Source of the DNA: a virus
Direction: 5' to 3' (one strand)
DNA length: 64,000 nucleotides
IMG/VR virus record: IMGVR_UViG_3300023242_000004
Coordinates: 30,788-94,787 of that record
Every line of letters starts with the position of its first letter. Within the stretch, counting starts at the first letter, position 1. Of this stretch, positions 19,261-29,075 are shown piece by piece. A program made the position numbers and the translations under genes. The notes under the pieces were generated by a model. That model had not been told where the DNA came from. It saw only the letters and a program-made list of their open reading frames with translations, and did not search any database.

Positions 19261-22200
19261 TTATGTAGAAATATTAATAGTGTTTGAAATACAACCTACA
19301 TTATCTGTTATGGTTATTGTAACAATAACCGTTGTTGCTGGTAGACTATTTGGTTGTGGCACATTTCCAATTATTTCTTGTTGATTTGTAATTATTACTG
19401 GTAATGTTGATGGATTTATAATCAACGCACCTTCTGAATTAATCCCTTCAACTGAATAACTTACAGTATAAGGTACTCTTAATGTTTGCCCTAACAATAA
19501 ATGACTAACATTAAACTTAAACTTAACTAAATTTGGACCTATTAATTGTATAGGTGCGTTAACACCTGTAGTGTTAATACTTAACAAGTTTGGTGGTAAT
19601 TTAATATCGTAAACACTTATATAAACTTCTTGACTAAAACATGTTTTAGCCGCATTAGTCATCCTAAAAATAATTTCATCTTGTAAAACTGATGCTGGTA
19701 TTATTATACTTAACGGTGTTGTCGAATTAACATAAATATTACTCGGTGTTGGTTGCCATAATGGTGAACCGTCAGGCATTTGTTGCCCATCAATAACATA
19801 ATCTAAATAAACTATTGAACCAACAGAATAAGGGCTTGTAACAAATAAATCAATATGGTAATTATTTGGGTCACACTGTTTTTCCAAATCTTGTAGTGAG
19901 GCTGATTCAATTTCCATGAATGGGTTCATATAACTCAAAACACTAGTTGAAAAAGCTTGCGTACCCATAATGTCAACTACTTCTGTAGTGTATGTGTCAG
20001 CAGATAAACTCAGCAAATTAAAACCAGAACCAACGTAACCGTTAGGTGATGTTGTATTTGCTGAATATGGTGGTGTACCCCCACTAACATTTATATTTAT
20101 AATACCCGTATTTTGACCATAACATAAAATTTGTGTAACTGTAGGTGTTAATGTAATTGGTGTCGCACCATTTAAAACTAAATTAACTAAATACACTGTT
20201 TCAATACCATCGGTTACTGTCATTGTATAACCGTTTCCAGTGAATGCAGTAAAAGTTGTATTTACACCAACATCAACCGCCAGACCTTGTATAATATGTG
20301 GTACAGAAGTAATATTAAGCGGACCGCTAGCAACAGCACCATTACTATTATAAAGAGTATAACTATAAATACTACCAACACCACCAATAATTGACATGAT
20401 TGTTATTTCACCATTAGAAGCAGCAGCTGTTGTGCAATCTTGACTAACGAAAGCATCAACCGATAATGGTGGTGGGCCAGAAATTATAAATGTTTGTGTT
20501 ACTGGCGAACCAAAGTTATCGTTACCTGTTATCGTATAAATACCAATTGGTAGATTATTTAAAGTTCCAGTTGGTTGTGTGTTATTTTGACCAACAATTG
20601 TTATATTAGTATAACCATTAACACCACTAGTTGTAGCAGTAAATGGTGCGTCACCGCCAATAAATGTGAATGTTGCCGTACCATTTGTTGTTTCATTAGT
20701 TGTAGTTGGTGTTGTAGATATTTGAATCACAAATTCCAAATCATTTTTTGCTGTGCAAGCGGTAAAAAATCTTTGATTCATAACCTCTAACCCACTTTTA
20801 CCAGGAAGTATTCCAAAGTAAAAATAATACGAATGTTTTGGTTGACCAAAATTATATTGACCTACTTGACTATTACCCATCGAATAATTCCTAAAATTAA
20901 CGTAATCCTGTCCATTTTCAACTGGACTGGTAAAATCGTATACACTCTCATCAAATAAATTAAAATTACTGGTATAAGGTAATTGTAAATTCCATGAATT
21001 AACTGTTGAATTTAACCCTAAGAAAACATCTCTAAACCATTTTGGTCTATCAACGTCATCAGCATCTAAATCTCTTAAACCAATTACACCATCAGTTTCA
21101 TTATTAACACCTCTATATTCATCAATTTCAACACCAAACTCACATAAATGTCTAATGTTCATACATTGCCTAGTATTTACATGTAAACCTAAACAATTTA
21201 TACTAAAAAATAAACCAAGTGTGTTTCCATCAACATCACATTGTCCAGTAGTTAACACTGTTGTGTTATCCGCTGCAAGTTCTTGAATAACTGGTGGTAT
21301 TTTATATGTTGTAGGTATTAAATGCTCTTGTAGTTTTGGTACACCTTGCCAGTCGCAATTAAATACCGCACCTAAATTAATAATATCCGTAGCGAATAAC
21401 TTAAAACTAGCGTTATGTGTTGACGCAGCATAGAAGAACTCATTGTTTTTCTTTTTAATTAAACCTTCTCTAAGTAAAACATTTCTATTTTCAAATTGTT
21501 GGTCCCCGCTATCACCTCTAAAACATGTATCTAATAGGTGACTACTCCTACAATTATTATCTGGTACACCATTTTTGTTTCCATCAACAGTCGTACTATC
21601 CGTATAGTTTTTAAAATCACTGCAATCATATTCGCAGAATCTTTCTGAATTTCTACGTCTAATTTTGTATTTTAATAAAAAAGTATATAATGAGCCATTT
21701 ATCCAATCATTATAAAAATCAAACTCAAAAAGATTTAATTTTTGCGCCATTTGAAAAGCCACACAATCATCCAAACCACATAAGTCACCGAAACCACCAT
21801 GACCAAAACTATCACCATCATAATATTTTGGTGTGTTACCTTGGTCAACCGAAGAATCAAAAGCCGCACCACCATCTAAACCACCTTTGCTACACCCAGG
21901 AGCAAAAATAGATGGGTTATCATCTGCTGGGCATTGAATATAAATACAAGGTATGTAATTAATTGGGTTAATTATTAATTTACACAAAAAACTAAGAAAA
22001 CCAAAAATTTTAACCCCCAATATTTTTCTTTTACTAGCATCACATAAAGCACCCACCAAAAAATTCCATCCTTCAATTAAAAGATTTATAACTTTTAACA
22101 CCACATTAATTAAAGGTATAATAAGCGAATTAATTATATAAATTAAAAAACCTACAATTTTAATAACCAAACAAATAATAAAAAAAATAGGTGATGTTTG

Positions 22201-23574
22201 GGTTCCTACTCTATTAAAAGGAAACGGTGTTTTATCACCAGCACAGGCATCAACATCTTTAATACCCATCATATTTCTAGTGCGTGAACCACCAGAATTA
22301 AACGGTGTAATCTGTTGGAACCTAGAAATAAAATTACTAACAGAATATATTTTATTCCAATATAAATCTCTAAAACTACTTTCTTTAGTTTTTTCACCAA
22401 ACTCATAGTCAATTTCATTTTCGTTGTTTGGGTTGTTTGGTACCAAATATTTAGCCCTAGTTCTAAGTCTACCTTCACCACCTGTTTGGTCCATACCAAT
22501 TTTAAATCGAACACTAGCTCTAGTTGGTATACCTTTGTTTGGTTCATCAGACAATACCAAAACACCAAATTCATCGGTAACCATATAATCTAAATTCATT
22601 GGGATTTGATAAGCCCAAGCACCGTTTTCATCAATAACTCTTCCACCCTCAACATCAAATCTTTCGATAGTGCCGTCAAGTGTTTCTCTAATCATTTCAA
22701 TAGTACCTTCATTTGCAACTTGTTCGCAAAGGTTACCTAAATCTTTTCTAGGTCGACAATTTTTATTAACACTATTTTTATCTTGGTCACCAAATATACT
22801 ACCCATAAATATTGCAGATGGGGTTATGGAGTAGTTTAAATCAATATCTACCCTAGTTATACCAATCTCACACGTATCGATATCCCCCCAAAAAGGCTGT
22901 ACGTTTACACCAATATTAGATGATTTTACTTGAATTAATTTATCTAAATTAGTATCACCTTTAAATTTTGTTGGTGAATCGAAAAATTTCAATGGAGTCC
23001 CTTGGCTAATGCTATCATAAGGTCTTTGAGACGCAATACCTATATCGGAAATATCCGCATCAACATGTAGAGTATATGTACCAACTGGTACCCCAAAAAC
23101 CATAAAATCACCAGCATAATTTGTTGTTGTAGTAAATTTATAGTATTTACAATAAACACCTAACATTTCTGGGTTATCTAATACTTCTCTTTTATTTGGA
23201 AAAGTACCAATTGGTGTAAAACAGTTATTATCTGTTTCAGAAGTTCTAGGTAGCAAATTATACCTAATACCATCACTATCTCTATCCGTGATAATCTCAT
23301 AAGGATATAACCCTTTAATATTTGGGTCATTTATATCAATATCATCAATAGGTATGAAAACACTAACTCTAGCATTTGGAACACCAAAACCACTGTTAAT
23401 TATTACTCTACCAGTAATCACACCGTAATCAGAACAAAAATTTCTATACGCTTCTTCTTGCGAAATCTTTAGTGAAAGAACTTCAATAAAGTCAAACTCT
23501 TGTTCTAGTTTTACTTTTAAATATTTATCGGTACCATTAGGTGTAGTCCTAATTCTAACAGTGTTGTTAGGCAT
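19261..23574 (-). CDS. Large structural protein with a hydrophobic segment and SprB-like repeats
   Basis: N-terminal carboxypeptidase-regulatory-like GVITGRV..GVPNARVSV; hydrophobic IFFIICLVIKIVGFLIYII; CYGQNTGIININVSGGTPPY repeat. Confidence 0.55.
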   Translation of the reverse strand: MPNNTVRIRTTPNGTDKYLKVKLEQEFDFIEVLSLKISQEEAYRNFCSDYGVITGRVIINSGFGVPNARVSVFIPIDDIDINDPNIKGLYPYEIITDRDSDGIRYNLLPRTSETDNNCFTPIGTFPNKREVLDNPEMLGVYCKYYKFTTTTNYAGDFMVFGVPVGTYTLHVDADISDIGIASQRPYDSISQGTPLKFFDSPTKFKGDTNLDKLIQVKSSNIGVNVQPFWGDIDTCEIGITRVDIDLNYSITPSAIFMGSIFGDQDKNSVNKNCRPRKDLGNLCEQVANEGTIEMIRETLDGTIERFDVEGGRVIDENGAWAYQIPMNLDYMVTDEFGVLVLSDEPNKGIPTRASVRFKIGMDQTGGEGRLRTRAKYLVPNNPNNENEIDYEFGEKTKESSFRDLYWNKIYSVSNFISRFQQITPFNSGGSRTRNMMGIKDVDACAGDKTPFPFNRVGTQTSPIFFIICLVIKIVGFLIYIINSLIIPLINVVLKVINLLIEGWNFLVGALCDASKRKILGVKIFGFLSFLCKLIINPINYIPCIYIQCPADDNPSIFAPGCSKGGLDGGAAFDSSVDQGNTPKYYDGDSFGHGGFGDLCGLDDCVAFQMAQKLNLFEFDFYNDWINGSLYTFLLKYKIRRRNSERFCEYDCSDFKNYTDSTTVDGNKNGVPDNNCRSSHLLDTCFRGDSGDQQFENRNVLLREGLIKKKNNEFFYAASTHNASFKLFATDIINLGAVFNCDWQGVPKLQEHLIPTTYKIPPVIQELAADNTTVLTTGQCDVDGNTLGLFFSINCLGLHVNTRQCMNIRHLCEFGVEIDEYRGVNNETDGVIGLRDLDADDVDRPKWFRDVFLGLNSTVNSWNLQLPYTSNFNLFDESVYDFTSPVENGQDYVNFRNYSMGNSQVGQYNFGQPKHSYYFYFGILPGKSGLEVMNQRFFTACTAKNDLEFVIQISTTPTTTNETTNGTATFTFIGGDAPFTATTSGVNGYTNITIVGQNNTQPTGTLNNLPIGIYTITGNDNFGSPVTQTFIISGPPPLSVDAFVSQDCTTAAASNGEITIMSIIGGVGSIYSYTLYNSNGAVASGPLNITSVPHIIQGLAVDVGVNTTFTAFTGNGYTMTVTDGIETVYLVNLVLNGATPITLTPTVTQILCYGQNTGIININVSGGTPPYSANTTSPNGYVGSGFNLLSLSADTYTTEVVDIMGTQAFSTSVLSYMNPFMEIESASLQDLEKQCDPNNYHIDLFVTSPYSVGSIVYLDYVIDGQQMPDGSPLWQPTPSNIYVNSTTPLSIIIPASVLQDEIIFRMTNAAKTCFSQEVYISVYDIKLPPNLLSINTTGVNAPIQLIGPNLVKFKFNVSHLLLGQTLRVPYTVSYSVEGINSEGALIINPSTLPVIITNQQEIIGNVPQPNSLPATTVIVTITITDNVGCISNTINIST

Positions 23575-23581
23575 ATTTTAA

Positions 23582-23932
23582 TTATTTGCTTTTATTTGTT
23601 ATATCTTCTACGTTAACCATGATTACATCTTCTTCAGTTAATTCATCATCATCATCATCATCATCATAATCATCATCGTCGTCTTTCATAAAAAATTTAT
23701 TTGCTTTCACAAATTTATTAATTACAAGTCTTAAATCAATATCTTTATTCAATACTATTGTATCAAACATAAACCACACTATGGCTAACATTATAATTGG
23801 TAATAATAACATACCAACTAAAAAACCTAGGGTTTTTGCTAGGTATTTTACTATCGTTGCGGTTACACCTTCGTTTTGTGTTAGTACATTATACTCTTTA
23901 ACCCCATCGGTGTTTTTACAATTACATCCCAT
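23582..23932 (-). CDS. Small membrane protein (MGCNCK start, poly-Asp tail)
   Basis: One TM helix, DDDDDYDDDDDDDE tract, TATATTTG promoter at 23966-23959. Confidence 0.6.
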   Translation of the reverse strand: MGCNCKNTDGVKEYNVLTQNEGVTATIVKYLAKTLGFLVGMLLLPIIMLAIVWFMFDTIVLNKDIDLRLVINKFVKANKFFMKDDDDDYDDDDDDDELTEEDVIMVNVEDITNKSK

Positions 23933-23994
23933 TTTATTTGTTTTTATTTTGTTATTAACAAATATAGTTATAACATACAAATAAGGAAACCCTA

Positions 23995-25812
23995 TTATTT
24001 AACTCTAACAACAATATCGAACGTTGGGGTTTTAACTTCAAACATACTATTTGATTCTCCGAATAAAGTATAGTTTTCACCTAAATCAATTTGTCTAGTT
24101 GTTACGTCAAAATATTCTTGTGATATTTCATTTAAACTATAGTTACCATTAACTTTATTAAAAACTCTAACATCTAAAACATTTATAACACCTCCAACAT
24201 TGTTAATAACCTCTATTAATGGTGACATGTAAATACTATCACCCATTTGGTATTTACTAATATCCGTATAGTTTTTAACCTCGGTAATTACTTGACTGAT
24301 GATTTGCGATTGTGGCATTTTTTTATCAATAAGCAAATCCACCTCAAAAGACAAATTAATTATTCTACCATTACCTACTTGGACATAGTCATTTAACATT
24401 CTATAATCGGCCAAATAAGTTGTTATGTTTTCTCTTAAGGCACTAGTTGAATTATTTGATAATTTACCAGTTGAATCTAAACCTAAAATATAAATTTTAA
24501 CCTTATTTTGTTCCTCAGTTACACCGCATCTAAAAGGTATTCCAAAACTTCCAGGCATTTGAGCAATTCTAGTTTGATAATCTTTAATGGTTACAGCTCT
24601 GTTTTGAGACGAAAAATTATATTTAACCATATTCCTAATCTCCTCAACACTAGGAACGTCTTTACCACCTAACGCTGGAAATAAATTATTTACTTTTAAT
24701 GAACTCCTAACCGCTTGATTTATTGATTCGTTTGGACCATTGATTGTTAAATTTAAAAGACCAACAGAATTTAAAGTATTTGGACCTATATTACTATCAG
24801 CGCCACCACCTAATCTATATCTTATGAACATAGTAGTGTTTGCGTTTGGTACAATACCTAAAGATAAATTATTTATAAAATCACCAATTTGATTTACTAA
24901 TTCTTTATTAGTATCAAAATCACATAAACTACTAGTGTCTTGGGTACCAGCACCAAATGTAATTTTAGTAAAACCTAAATCAGTATATTCACTAATAAAT
25001 TTTTTATTGGTTGTTATCCATTTTCCTGGTGTTACACCAGAATTATCTGTTATTCTTGAATAATCAGAAATAAACACTTTGTCTTCAGCTAAAGCGCTCA
25101 TCTCAAACCATTTATTTTCTATGTTTGCAAAATCAGAAATATTAGGCGTGCCAACAAAATTAGTACCAGGAAGCATTATAATAGATTCAATACTAATCAC
25201 ATTATCTTCTGGTAATATAACTTCTAAAAATGGTCTAACATCAGATTGTGTGATAACTCTTTTATAAATTTTTGAATACCCATTTGTAACTATTTCCCTT
25301 TTTATTAAAGTATAGTTAACCAACGTACCATTAGAATTAAAATTTGGTAAAATTAATCTATTTGGTACTCCACCTATAGTAAATGGATTTGAGAAATCTA
25401 TATCATTTGTTGTTTCAAAAATTTTACCACCACCAGAAACTTGGGAACCAGTTGTGATAATTGGTGCATAAGAAAAGTTAAAGGTGTCACCTAATACAGG
25501 TACTATTATACTAAAATCAACAATAGTAATACTAGGTCTTTTTCCTGGGATTTTTAAACCAAAAGTTCTAGCCATAGATAAAACTGATTTTCTTTCTTTT
25601 GCATAATCTATTTGTGTTTCTTGAAACATTCTATCAGTATTAACTGACAGCATATCACCTACAGCTGCATTTAACTCTAGAAGCATCATACCAACACTAG
25701 CGTCATTAAAATCATTAAATATGTCTGGGTAATATTGTCTTACCATATCGACTAATTCTGCACGTATATCAGCAAAATTTCTTGCTGTATAATTTATTCC
25801 TTGATTTGCCAT
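23995..25812 (-). CDS. Baseplate wedge protein (T4 gp6-like)
   Basis: INYTARNFADIR, YRLGGGADSNIG and QNRAVTIKDY motifs. Confidence 0.88.
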   Translation of the reverse strand: MANQGINYTARNFADIRAELVDMVRQYYPDIFNDFNDASVGMMLLELNAAVGDMLSVNTDRMFQETQIDYAKERKSVLSMARTFGLKIPGKRPSITIVDFSIIVPVLGDTFNFSYAPIITTGSQVSGGGKIFETTNDIDFSNPFTIGGVPNRLILPNFNSNGTLVNYTLIKREIVTNGYSKIYKRVITQSDVRPFLEVILPEDNVISIESIIMLPGTNFVGTPNISDFANIENKWFEMSALAEDKVFISDYSRITDNSGVTPGKWITTNKKFISEYTDLGFTKITFGAGTQDTSSLCDFDTNKELVNQIGDFINNLSLGIVPNANTTMFIRYRLGGGADSNIGPNTLNSVGLLNLTINGPNESINQAVRSSLKVNNLFPALGGKDVPSVEEIRNMVKYNFSSQNRAVTIKDYQTRIAQMPGSFGIPFRCGVTEEQNKVKIYILGLDSTGKLSNNSTSALRENITTYLADYRMLNDYVQVGNGRIINLSFEVDLLIDKKMPQSQIISQVITEVKNYTDISKYQMGDSIYMSPLIEVINNVGGVINVLDVRVFNKVNGNYSLNEISQEYFDVTTRQIDLGENYTLFGESNSMFEVKTPTFDIVVRVK

Positions 25813-25819
25813 AATTTAT

Positions 25820-26206
25820 TTATAGTTTTACTACTACTATGTCTGATGTTGTAAAAACAGCATCTGTTATTGTATATTTTAAAGTGAACACAGCAGCGTA
25901 TTCGCTTTCAGTTGATTCTTCAACCAAAATTTCATCCAATTGTAATTTTGGTAAATAAAGTTTTACTACTGATTTAATTTCTTCTTTAACACCATTTAAT
26001 GTCATCCCATCTTGTGGTTCAAAGATAAATTTTAATAAATCAGTACCAAAGTTTGGTTTATAAAGTCTTTGACCTTTTCTAGTCAATATTATATGTAGAA
26101 GGTCGGCTTTTATCGCTTGACTATCTTCATCATTTAAATCTAAGAAAAAACCTTTGTTACTATTCTTAAAAGGATAATTTATATTTATGTATTTACCGTT
26201 TGCCAT
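25820..26206 (-). CDS. Baseplate sheath initiator (gp25 / GPW-like)
   Basis: IKADLLHIILTRKGQRLYKPNFGTDLLKFIFEP. Confidence 0.9.
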   Translation of the reverse strand: MANGKYININYPFKNSNKGFFLDLNDEDSQAIKADLLHIILTRKGQRLYKPNFGTDLLKFIFEPQDGMTLNGVKEEIKSVVKLYLPKLQLDEILVEESTESEYAAVFTLKYTITDAVFTTSDIVVVKL

Positions 26207-26265
26207 AATTGTGTTTATTTGATAAATATCATACTAAACAATTTTTATAAGTAAATATGGGAAAT

Positions 26266-26292
26266 AAAAAAAGGGTCCCTATTGGACCCTTT
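26266..26292 (-). terminator. Rho-independent terminator after nrdA part 3
   Basis: AAAGGGTCC-aatag-GGACCCTTT followed by a T run. Confidence 0.8.
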
Positions 26293-26309
26293 AATTTGTT
26301 TATCTTTTA

Positions 26310-26927
26310 TTAACTTGAACAACCCACGCACTCAAATTGACTCTCGGTAGGTTTTTCTACTTGTTTTTGTTTTGTCATATCAATAGCTAAATGTTTAGCT
26401 TTCATATCAACGGACTCACTCCTTAAATAATACTGACCAGTTTTAAGTCCTAATTTCCAAGACAAATTATGTGATGTAGTTAATTTACCAACAGTAGGTG
26501 TACTAAAGAAAATATTAAGACTTTGCGATTGGTCAATGAATGGTGCTCTATCAGCAGACATTTCGATTAACGCTTTTTGGGAAATTTCCCAAACTGTTTT
26601 ATACCTTTCTTTCATCTCTGAACTAATAACTGGTATGTTTTGAACACTACCATTATTTTTTATCAATTCACTAAGAATTTCTCTATTCCATAAACCTTCT
26701 GATTCTAAATCTCTAACTAGGTGTTTGTTTACCATAGCGAATTCACCACCAGTCACTCTTCGAACATAAAGATTTGAAGTGAACGGTTCGAAAGCTTCGT
26801 TTGAACCAATTACACGAGCAGAATTATGACTAACACAACCATTTTCCATTATATAATGATTCACGTTTGGTACTTCAATATCCCACGTAGGTTTTATATC
26901 ACCCTTAGTTATTTTTTTTATTTTCAT
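26310..26927 (-). CDS. nrdA: RNR class Ia alpha subunit, part 3 (35-aa IntC-2 + C-terminal extein)
   Basis: MKIKKI...TWDIEV...VSHN|SARVIGSNEAFEP...FIDQSQSLN...LKTGQYYLR...CVGCSS. Confidence 0.92.
   Translation of the reverse strand: MKIKKITKGDIKPTWDIEVPNVNHYIMENGCVSHNSARVIGSNEAFEPFTSNLYVRRVTGGEFAMVNKHLVRDLESEGLWNREILSELIKNNGSVQNIPVISSEMKERYKTVWEISQKALIEMSADRAPFIDQSQSLNIFFSTPTVGKLTTSHNLSWKLGLKTGQYYLRSESVDMKAKHLAIDMTKQKQVEKPTESQFECVGCSS
26823..26927 (-). other. Split intein 2, C-half (IntC)
   Basis: Block F WDIEV and block G HN followed by Ser+1. Confidence 0.9.
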
Positions 26928-27260
26928 AATTTATTCTTTAAAATTTTATTTATTTTTTCTTTATTTATTTTTTCAGAATCCGAAGACCATAATTCTATAT
27001 AGTTACCCCATTTTAAATTACCATCGTGTTCACCCCATTTAATTATAAACATTTCTAAGGTGTGTTTACTTTTATCACAAAATTCTTGGTATTTTAATGG
27101 ACCATAAATTTCGCCATGATTAAAAATAAAACTCTCTAAAGTCCTACCACACTTTAATTTATGTAACCTTACTTTTTCAATAGATTCATTATTCATTAAA
27201 CCTTTTTTTAACCAATACTCAATTTTGAATGGTGATGGTTTGTTAGATATTTTTATATGT
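26924..27260 (-). pseudogene. Internally deleted homing endonuclease relic between IntN-2 and IntC-2
   Basis: The frame stays open upstream of ATG 27196 (SPFKIEYWLKKGL). It has two LExFI..(H/W)GE..G..K(Y/W) repeats like the 373-aa HEG, lacks a nuclease core, and ends EKINKEK like that HEG. Confidence 0.7.
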
Positions 27261-27295
27261 TTTATTAACTACGTACACAACACTTAAACGACCTA

Positions 27296-28282
27296 CTACT
27301 TTTCAAATATATTTAATATATCGTCCGTGGCTACCAAATCAATTACTTCAACCCATATTCCATCATTACCTCTTTTTACTTTGAATTTATGATTTTCAGT
27401 TGCTTCAAAAATTGACCCATCTTCCATTTCTATTTTATAGACAACAGAATGTGCGTTATACTTTATTTTATTAACTTCTTCATACCCATTAATTGTTTTA
27501 ACATTAAAAGCTTTTAAATCTAACCATTGTTGTAGATTCATACTTTCTAATTGTTCCCAATCAATATTGTTTTCTTCTAATATATCTTTAAATGATTTAA
27601 CACCACTTTCAGTATGAATCCTAGTATCAATAACTTGACAACTAGCTGTTGGTGGGCATGTTGTAACTAAAGAGTTTCTAACACCATATTTTTTAATGTC
27701 TTTTCTTAACCCTTTCCAATCATGCATACCAGATAAATTATCTTCAGTCAACCCCCACATTTGCCATTGGAAAATACCTTCAGAAATTGGTGAACCCTCG
27801 TAACCATCATACGTTAACCCAGTTTTTTTAGCTAAAGCACAAGATTCACTTAAAGCATTAAAATAAATCGTTTCAAATATGTCTTTATTTAATTGTCTAG
27901 CTATTTCACCAGTGAACGGTAATTTTAATATAGCAAACACATCTGCTAAACCTTGTATACCAATACCTAATGCTCTTTGTTCTAAACCACCTTTTCTACC
28001 TTCTGGTGTTGAATATTCGTTAACCTCTAAAGCTATGTTTAATGATTTTGTTATTGAACGTGCTACTTTACCCAATCCTATGAAGTCGTAAACTCCATCT
28101 ATAATATATTTTTGAACTGGGATGCTAGTAAGCGTACAAATAGCTGTTGTTTCAGCGTTGGTCGTCTCCATAATTTCCGAACAATTATGTACTAATATAT
28201 CATTACCAAAAAAATTATGGTTATCCTCAACAGTAATATCGTATACTGGTATTTTTTCGTTTAATTTTTCTATTTTTATCAT
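27296..28282 (-). CDS. nrdA: RNR class Ia alpha subunit, part 2 (IntC-1 + middle extein + IntN-2)
   Basis: MIKIEK...VYDITVEDNHNFFGNDILVHN|CSEI...ICTLTSI...RALGIGIQGLAD...GVRNSLVTTCPPTAS|CQVIDT...ATENHKF. Confidence 0.92.
   Translation of the reverse strand: MIKIEKLNEKIPVYDITVEDNHNFFGNDILVHNCSEIMETTNAETTAICTLTSIPVQKYIIDGVYDFIGLGKVARSITKSLNIALEVNEYSTPEGRKGGLEQRALGIGIQGLADVFAILKLPFTGEIARQLNKDIFETIYFNALSESCALAKKTGLTYDGYEGSPISEGIFQWQMWGLTEDNLSGMHDWKGLRKDIKKYGVRNSLVTTCPPTASCQVIDTRIHTESGVKSFKDILEENNIDWEQLESMNLQQWLDLKAFNVKTINGYEEVNKIKYNAHSVVYKIEMEDGSIFEATENHKFKVKRGNDGIWVEVIDLVATDDILNIFEK
27299..27640 (-). other. Split intein 2, N-half (114 aa)
   Basis: Cys1 (CQVIDT) and block B ATENHKF, ending at a stop codon. 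Confidence 0.9.
28184..28282 (-). other. Split intein 1, C-half (33 aa)
   Basis: VYDITV, HNFF, VHN followed by Cys+1. Confidence 0.92.
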
Positions 28283-28287
28283 TTATT

Positions 28288-29034
28288 TTAATTTTTAAAT
28301 TTCCATTTAAAACCACCAGCAGTGGTTCCTTGTTTACAAGCTCTACTAATTCCAGACTTATGTTTAATATTATTCTTTTCAGCTGCTTCAACAGTAGTTA
28401 AGTAAGTGTCAATTTCTTCACCATTTACACTCATTTTAACAACAGTTTTAGCGTTTGGGTTATTTTCTCTAGTATTATTAATAGACATCTTTTTTAAAGT
28501 TTCATCATTAGCTTTTCTACCTAAGTTCCAATGATTACCATTTATTTTAGCTTTATGTGATGGTCGTTCTTTTAAAGATAACCCATACATATTGTTATTA
28601 ACACCAGTAGCGTTTAACCTATGTTTTTCACGTATTTCTTCTTTATTTGGGTTATTAGTAAACGTATCACCACCTAACCCACCTTTAGTTAAATTGGTTA
28701 GAATACCACTTTTATTATGTCTAAAACCCATTATATCTATTAATAAACTTTCAATATCATAAGCGGTTTGTTCTTCTAACCCTTCAACTATTTTTATTAT
28801 TATGGGTTCTAACCCATTTTTTAATATTTGATTAATAACATTTAACTTATAAATATTATTTGTTAAATCTTTATTTTGTTCTTTTATTAACTTTAAATGT
28901 TTTTCTAACCTATTAGAACTATCTTTACCCTTTCCAATATAAAAAGGTTTATTTTTAAAAATATAATTTCCAAAATTATACTCACCAATTTCTCTAGGGT
29001 CCAAGTAAGCGTACACATAATATTTTTTTTCCAT
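28288..29034 (-). CDS. Free-standing GIY-YIG homing endonuclease with NUMOD domains (likely start MEKKYY, 29034)
   Basis: YYVYAYLDPR...PFYIGKGK...RLEKH...E...LTN..GG.GG; NUMOD3-like NNNMYG; C-terminal NUMOD1 ISRAC...TAGGFKWKF. Confidence 0.85.
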   Translation of the reverse strand: MEKKYYVYAYLDPREIGEYNFGNYIFKNKPFYIGKGKDSSNRLEKHLKLIKEQNKDLTNNIYKLNVINQILKNGLEPIIIKIVEGLEEQTAYDIESLLIDIMGFRHNKSGILTNLTKGGLGGDTFTNNPNKEEIREKHRLNATGVNNNMYGLSLKERPSHKAKINGNHWNLGRKANDETLKKMSINNTRENNPNAKTVVKMSVNGEEIDTYLTTVEAAEKNNIKHKSGISRACKQGTTAGGFKWKFKN

Positions 29035-29075
29035 TGTGATTTCCATTATGTATATATACATAATGGAAATCACAA
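29034..29075. promoter_or_regulatory. Perfect 42-bp palindrome over the endonuclease translation start
   Basis: TTGTGATTTCCATTATGTATATATACATAATGGAAATCACAA is its own reverse complement. Confidence 0.8.

Noticed and set aside
23643-23682. (TCA)n microsatellite as a phase-variation switch
   Set aside because: A triplet repeat encoding poly-Asp; length change would not shift the frame.
27260-27298. TAG read-through or alternative genetic code making intein 2 contiguous
   Set aside because: TAG TAG is followed by an in-frame TAA, IntC-2 is in another frame, and long genes are intact under code 11.
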